Shown here piece after piece: positions 35,132 through 41,001 of a stretch of DNA of 41,001 nt. The stretch's first letter is position 1, and the number at the start of each line of letters is the position of its first letter. The stretch lies in assembly GCA_010356995.1 (NCBI GenBank), contig ML996703.1, positions 744,001 through 785,001 on the forward strand, given 5' to 3'. The notes below the pieces were generated by a model. That model saw only the letters and a list, made by a program, of their open reading frames with translations, searched no databases and was not told the DNA's origin. A program made the position numbers and the translations under genes. The stretch is from Trichodelitschia bisporula (lineage: Eukaryota).

Positions 35132-38100
35132 ATGGCTCGCCTCATGTACTTGAGCGAGCTGTGTCGGCTCTCCGGCTTAGCCCAGGTGGGTAAAATCCCC
35201 GGCATCTCATGCGTCAGCGCTAGTGATGAAGATGGCGAGTTCACATTCATACTGGGCGATGGACAGGACTGGCACTTCTTCACAGTTGTCGTGTCAGGTA
35301 TGTGGCAACACGCTCAATCCGAGCCAATTGATGTGTCTTACTCACCGACCACAGATGTCATGGTGTACCCACATTCACACGTCTTTACGGTCTTCTCCCA
35401 GGGGCATCTGCCAGACGATCTCTCTCAAGCCGTCGATGGGCTTGGATTCCCGTACAACATGGGCGCTACTTTGACCCAGTTGCTGGGCGACATGTCCAGG
35501 CTGTATCGGCATATGGCTGGCCAAGATACATCTGCCACACATCACGACCCGGGGGATGACCTTGCCGCTGAAGACATGGATGCTGACACCATGGAAGAGA
35601 CCATTTGCTCCGATTTGCGGTTGGCGAAGCGGGCTGGTTTTAGGGTGGGCGTTCATGGCAAATTCGCGCTCGATGAGCCTTCATACGTTTTGCTCAGTAT
35701 ACGTATCTCGAAGCTTGGAATATCAAGCGCTGCCATGGCTGCGTGGGAGATGGACCGCAAGGACTACCTTCTGCTGGCTATCCAGTACAGCGAGGGATAT
35801 GTTCCAATGAGCGCGCTGAACGATATGTCACGCCATCAAGTACCTAAGGGGGAAACGATGCTATTTCGAGTAGGAGTCAGCCGCTCGTACAAGCCTAGCC
35901 TGAAGCACATCATCAACGCGTTCTCGAGCAGTCGGTATGGCGGTACCTCCGGCGCTCCGACCGAGAAGCATGGTTTTCGGTGGTTTTTCATCGCGAACAC
36001 TCTGAACAACTTGCTCAACGAGCGCCTCGTACCTATCGTCAACCTACGTGCTACTGGTTTCACCTGGGTGCAGGCGGGAGAGAAATGCGCAAACCAGTTC
36101 GAGAACTCGGGCAATTTCTCGAATGAGGTGGATTCTACCGCCCTGGCTTCCACGCCCACCGGCAGCGTTTTGCCTGGTGTGCCTCCAGTCGTTCAAGCCG
36201 ACCACATCCTCGACGACCATCCGGCGTGGGGGTATTCCTTCCCCTTGGTCGCCATGCAGTTTGTTCTTCGCCGCTTCGTGCGCTGCACCGACTTCTGCGT
36301 GGTTTGCCACCGCAAGATCCCTGGTGACCTGGAGGCGATCAAGCCGGACGTCTGTGACAAACCCCTGTGCCTCTATCAGTACATGGCCCTCGGCCTGGGC
36401 CCGAGCATTGAGAACGACATTCGCTCTCAGCCGTATGTTGTAGATCTCCTGATCAGCTTCGCCTATGCTCGCGCCTGTTCCGGGAATCCCATGGATCATG
36501 CCTGTCCTTCCGGCATGGGGCTCGAGGTACCGAATCCAGAATTCTACACCATGAATATCGAGAACGTACCCCTTACTACGTATCCTCGTCCGTCTGGCAT
36601 CAACGGTGCATTTCGGACGTGGTTTGCCTGGTACACTCCTCATCTTAAGACGCTGAACTTCGTAAACTGCAACACTCCCTGTCCCTTCAGGAATGGAGAA
36701 TGGATATCTGTGCGCACTGGCAATAAGCCGGACGCAAGCCTCTGCTTCAGTGGTGTAGTATCAAACGTTGTCGGAGCCAACATATGCATTCAGGACGTCT
36801 CGAAGTGGCCTAACGCAATTGTGGTCACGCCTATCCCAATTGGTCCGTTTGGGAATAATGTTGCCACTGGAACCATACAGATCTGTTTCCATGTCGCAAA
36901 GTTCGACACGCTCTTTGACCACTTGGTACCTTATATGAAGGCCTGGTCGATGCAAAAGATGCTGTGCGACCTGCCGAGCGTAACGGAGATGCAACAATTC
37001 CTTCAAAACAATCACTGGAGCAATCTTTCAGAGTGGACAAACAGAATTTCATCAGCGGCTCTTGGGATGCTGCGGTGGATCATTGCATCTAACCGTGCGT
37101 TCATTGTCCATGTCGACACTTTCCGGAATGACCCCAGCAGCGTCTGGGGTATGCCCGGCTGGGTGCAGTTCCGCGTCGCCATGGGTGCTCCTGTAAGTCG
37201 GTAACGAGTATTTTGCGATTACTACTGACAAAGACAGGACAAGGAAGCTCGGTTCAAGAAGGCTGTGGATCAATTTGGCCGCATAGCTAGCCCCCGCTAT
37301 CCGACTATCTTCGCCTTTCACGGCAGCCCGATAACAAACTGGCATAGGATCATTAGGGAGGGCTTGAACTACGATTCTATTGCCCACGGTCGTTCATATG
37401 GCCATGGGGTCTACTGCGCTCTACAAGCTGCGGTCAGCTTGCCGTACGCTCGAGACGATCCTGTAAGACACCCCCGCTGCCCACAGAACTCGGCATATTT
37501 GCTTGCGTTTGCTTACTATAGGCTCCAGAAAAACCCGATGTGGCCGAACAGTATGCTTAAAATGACCGCTGCCATTTCACTCAATGAAATTGTGAACGCG
37601 CCGAATCAGTTCGTCTCTCGGGCACCTCACTTTGTTGTCGACAAGGCCGATTGGATTCAGGCTCGGTACCTCTTCGTCCGCTGTGCAACTCTTTTTCCGC
37701 CGGAGCGCTCCACCTCACCGCCGATAGTTCAAGAGCTGGACCCGGTGATGCGGCCGGTTGGCGTAAACGGCGAGATTCTGATCATCCCAAAGTTGAATTT
37801 GATGCCTCAGCGTCAAGAAGGCGATTCGCAAAACCCGATCGAGCTCAGTTCCGACGACAGTGACGAAACCGACTTGGACGACCGGGAGCTTTTGGCTTCT
37901 CCGAAACAGAAAAAGAAGCCAGCCATGCCGCTCACCGACTTCATCCCTGGCACGCTGGACTACAGCGAACTGCCACAGATGGCGGCACCGTCCAACTCGA
38001 CGTCCTCGGCCACGAATCGTCTCCGCAAGGAGTTCCAGCGGATAATCGAGGCGCAGGAGAAGACGCCGTTGCATGAACTGGGCTGGTACACTGATCCCAA

Positions 38101-38608
38101 CCAGATGAGCAACATGTACCAGTGGATCTTCGAGCTGCACTCGTTCGATCCTGCCTCGCTGCTGGCGATGGACATGAAGGGCATGGACATCAAGTCCATC
38201 GTGCTCGAGATGCGCTTCCCCGCCAACTTCCCACTGCAACCACCTTTTGTCCGCGTGCTCAAGCCACGCTTCCTGGCGCTACAGGAGGGTGGTGGCGGCC
38301 ACGTCACGGCCGGAGGCTCCGTTTGTCTCGAGGTACGTCCCCGCTGCTCCACCGCAATGCGAAACCCAACTCAGCTAACATCCACTTAGATGCTCACAAA
38401 CACCGGCTGGAGCCCAACCGTCGCGCTCGAGAACATCCTCCAGCAGATCCGCCTGGCCATGACGTCCGGCGAGCCGCCCGCGCGCCTCAACACCCGCCAC
38501 CAAACAGAGTACTCCGTCCACGAGGCGTATAATGCATATCTGCGTGCCTGTCGTATGCATGGCTGGACGGTCCCGGAGGGCTTCCAGAAGACGGCGTTCG
38601 GGATTTAG
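35132..38608 (+). CDS. PARP6/8-like ADP-ribosyltransferase fused to a UBE2Q-like ubiquitin-conjugating (E2) domain; ~4 introns
   Basis: CVVCH..VCDKPLC zinc motif; LRWIIASNR; MGAP|DKEARF; ART motifs FHGS..W..IIREGL and GRSYGHGVY..SLPY; E2 motifs PPFVRV and GGHVTAGGSVCLE|MLT..GWSP. Introns ~35298-35354, 37193-37237, ~37463-37521, 38333-38389. Confidence 0.9.
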
Positions 38609-39072
38609 GGGTCCTTCTCTGGTCTACTCTCGTTAGTACTCTGGTATGTACCTTGCAGGAACGGCGAGGGAAGTGGGCGTATGGTCCGCGTTTCCTTTTC
38701 TCGGCGTCCGTGGAGTTGATGGCTGGAGTGAGTGGACGGCCTCGGGTGTGTGGAACTTATGGGCTGCTCTCGGGCAATCTGCTCGTTGCAGGAGAGCAAG
38801 ATAGTGGGGTCTATGGTGGTAGATTGCAGCTGTACGAGGGAGTAGAATAGTCATCTCTTTAGAAACAGAAAAATCAAAGGCCATCTGCAATGTGAGGCGT
38901 GCACTTGATAATCTCTTGATGAAGACGTGATTAGCGGACCATCCACTTTCGAAATCGCCGCAGCTCAAAAATTCTTTCACGACGCATGGCGTGCACACTG
39001 AATGGCATTCTAATGCAGACGCAGGGAGCGGATCGTCCTTCGTCTTCAGCACAGTTTTATCAAAAGGCAAAA

Positions 39073-39190
39073 ACATACAGCAGTTGGGATTCGCTGCTGG
39101 TCACCCACGCAACTACTAGTCAACCGGTTCGAAGCTTAACTTCAGTGAGCAGACGGGGACTGGTGTACTCTTCGACCTATAGCCGTATGT
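39073..39190 (-). rRNA. 5S rRNA gene, copy 1 (118 nt)
   Basis: Reverse complement ACAUACGGC..CCCGUCUGCUC..GUUAAGC..UAGUAGUUGCGUGGGUGACCAGCAGCGAAUCC..GCUGUAUGU. Helix I closes the ends, a T-run terminator follows, and TATAA lies at about -27 to -23. Confidence 0.93.
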
Positions 39191-39525
39191 GGTGATCCGT
39201 GCTGCCGGTTGATTATAGCTGGCAAAAAAGACGGAAGCATTGTCAAAAGAAGTGTTAGCTCTCCGAGCGAGAGCGTTCTTGGGTTGGAATAGGGGACGTG
39301 CGTTAAGCTGCGGGCATCTCCCCTCGATCAGCCGGCTGAGCAGAAAGCTTCACGGGCCACCTGAAAAATTATCATGGCAACCTCGCCTGGCTGATTTTGC
39401 GGACGGGACAGCTATGACTTTTTCAACTGGTCCTTCGGCCAGAGTGTCGGCTTACATTAAGCATCGGAGCTCCTCCCGCTGAACGGGCCGATCAGCAAGC
39501 TTCCGGGGTGCAAAGAAGACAAAAA

Positions 39526-39643
39526 ACATACAGCAGTTAGGATTCGCTGCTAGTCACCCACGCAACTACTAGTCAACCGGTTCAAAGCTTAACTTCAGTG
39601 AGCAGACGGGGACTGGTGTACTCTTTGAACTACGGCCGCATTT
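39526..39643 (-). rRNA. 5S rRNA gene, copy 2 (variant or incipient pseudogene)
   Basis: Same length as copy 1, ungapped, 9 substitutions. T-run terminator present, one mismatch in helix I, no upstream TATAA. Confidence 0.8.
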
Positions 39644-39731
39644 TTGCGGCAAAATGCACACCGCCTTAACTAAGCTGCTGACTAATGTAGATACCGTACT
39701 ACAGAGATGGAAAACGCGGCTAGGCGGCAGG

Positions 39732-39747
39732 GTGCGACTAGTCGCAC
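39732..39747. repeat. Perfect 16-bp palindrome GTGCGACTAGTCGCAC
   Basis: Read directly from the sequence. Confidence 0.85.
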
Positions 39748-40175
39748 ACCCCCTTAGCCTTCGTGTACACCCCTTCCGCACCCCACCAATAAGACCGACG
39801 AGATCGTTCCCCGCGCGGCCGTGCGAGCCCTGAAGCAACAGGGTCGATGCACCGCCGGGCACCCGATAATAAATTGCGAAAGTGGTACCAATCGATAGAG
39901 CTCGACGATGCGATCGTTTATCTGTCTTTCTTATTTTGATATCTCTTTATGCAGCCTCTGCATCGTGCTACAAAGGGCTTGGCCAATGTCACTGTCTGTC
40001 ACGGGCAACGTCTGGGACATCAAATGTACTGATGCGTGTATGACTGAAAATACTGCTATGAAGAGGAAACGTGAAAGGTCTAGAACTGAAATGCAGGTGC
40101 GGGGTGGCAGTGGACCCTGGGCTTGGCACCGAGCGGCTGCATCACGTGGTATGGCTCAGCAACGCACTGGCAGGG

Positions 40176-40838
40176 CCTGACATGCTGAGACCATGACACT
40201 GTCAGATGTGGCACTGCAAGAGTTCAATGGTCTGAAGCAACTTAGATTACTCGGTTCAGGAGAGGAAGTCCTCTGGGGGGCTTCCGGACTGTCTACTCCA
40301 GGTGGGGGGTGCGGTGGCCCAAGCTCCCTTGCCAAGCGCGCGCATGGGAGCCGCGTTCACATGCGCGGTGCACCACGTGCCAGGTGTCATACCATGACAG
40401 TGGACGGTAGCCTCAAGCCAAACGTTATTTGCTAAGCTTAAGGAGGAGTTCGCTTCGCCGGCGCGCACGACCATATGGGTTCTGCGTGCACCAAGCCTTC
40501 TGCCCGGGCCGGACCGCCGGGGCTGCCGCGGCCCGTGGCCCCGGGCAGGTGCTAGAACCTTGACAGTAAGCACTTAGACAAGAGGCGCCGGCGGGGATCC
40601 GGGCCCGGTCAGGGCTGGGTCCGCGCCGGCGCCAAAAACTCACGATACCGCGACACGAACATTAAGCGCGCGCCCACATAAACTTTCACTCCTTGTAGCA
40701 ATAACTTCATGTTTCCCAACAACTTGGATTGAGCCCGCGTGACCAGACAAATGTACCCTGACAGCCTGGAGCTAAGTTGCTTGGCCGTGGGCCGTGACAA
40801 TGTCGCACTTCAGATTATCTCAACCATGACAGCTCAGG
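40176..40838 (+). ncRNA. Candidate large structured RNA or cis-element of unknown class
   Basis: More than 15 nested complementary segments, e.g. 40235-40245/40772-40782 (11 bp perfect), 40296-40302/40765-40771, 40460-40466/40668-40674, 40500-40508/40540-40548, 40584-40593/40624-40633. Non-canonical pairs are G-U on the plus strand. Confidence 0.45.
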
Positions 40839-41001
40839 AAAGCTCTCCGTCCCAATATCTTTTGGATATACAGCGTGCCTTGATCTTCCCGACCCCAACC
40901 CTTTTATATGAATTCTTCGAGAAAACTTCCACGAGCAAAATGTAAGTCGTCTCAGAATCATCGGCTTCCCTCCCAACAACGACACATTCCTGCAAGGAAA
41001 T
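40826..41001 (+). CDS. Possible first exon of a gene running off the window
   Basis: CAACCATG context, open frame MTAQESSPSQYLLDIQRALIF.. and a GTAAGT donor at 40942. No recognisable domain. Confidence 0.3.

Noticed and set aside
39069..39643. 118-bp direct repeat read as LTRs or a CRISPR-like array
   Set aside because: Fully explained as two 5S rRNA genes. There are no TG..CA ends and no repeat-spacer periodicity.
39661..40090. Hammerhead- or twister-like fragments (CTGACTAA..GAGA; TGAAGAG..GAAA)
   Set aside because: Catalytic core nucleotides and stem arrangement do not match the consensus.
40193..40800. Short ORFs overlapping the structured region
   Set aside because: Short, low-complexity, no recognisable domain or splice pattern.
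39650..41001. Telomerase RNA as the identity of the structured region
   Set aside because: The long arm is reminiscent, but there is no CCCTAA-type template on the plus strand and no Sm site before the GTAAGT at 40942. Not supported unless the telomere repeat is non-canonical.
39073..41001. Starship or other transposon insertion in 5S rDNA
   Set aside because: Some Starships target 5S genes, but both copies are full length and no tyrosine recombinase, transposase or reverse transcriptase ORF is visible in the window.

Overview
Intron-containing eukaryotic DNA, most consistent with a filamentous ascomycete (Pezizomycotina): short GT..AG introns with CTRAC-like branch points and dispersed 5S rDNA. 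About 17 intact protein genes are supported: GH28 polygalacturonase, MAPEG protein, cytidine deaminase, a CE1/LpqC-like esterase homologue, WrbA/Pst2 quinone reductase, DUF3712 protein, G-patch protein, ORC3, BNA1, Ctr copper transporter, BRR2, cutinase, a small secreted Apple/PAN-like protein, a claudin-like 4TM protein, a COG7-like protein and a PARP-UBC fusion. There is also a frameshifted gene at the left end. The right end (39-41 kb) holds two tandem 5S rRNA genes on the minus strand, followed by an unexplained ~0.65 kb region (possibly ~1 kb) of nested, branched helices with plus-strand G-U pairs, which is the best candidate for something undescribed. Other highlights are an esterase homologue lacking the catalytic serine and ending in KDEL, and a Bna1 with an apparent mitochondrial presequence. 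All calls were made by eye from motifs; no database searches or folding programs were run.
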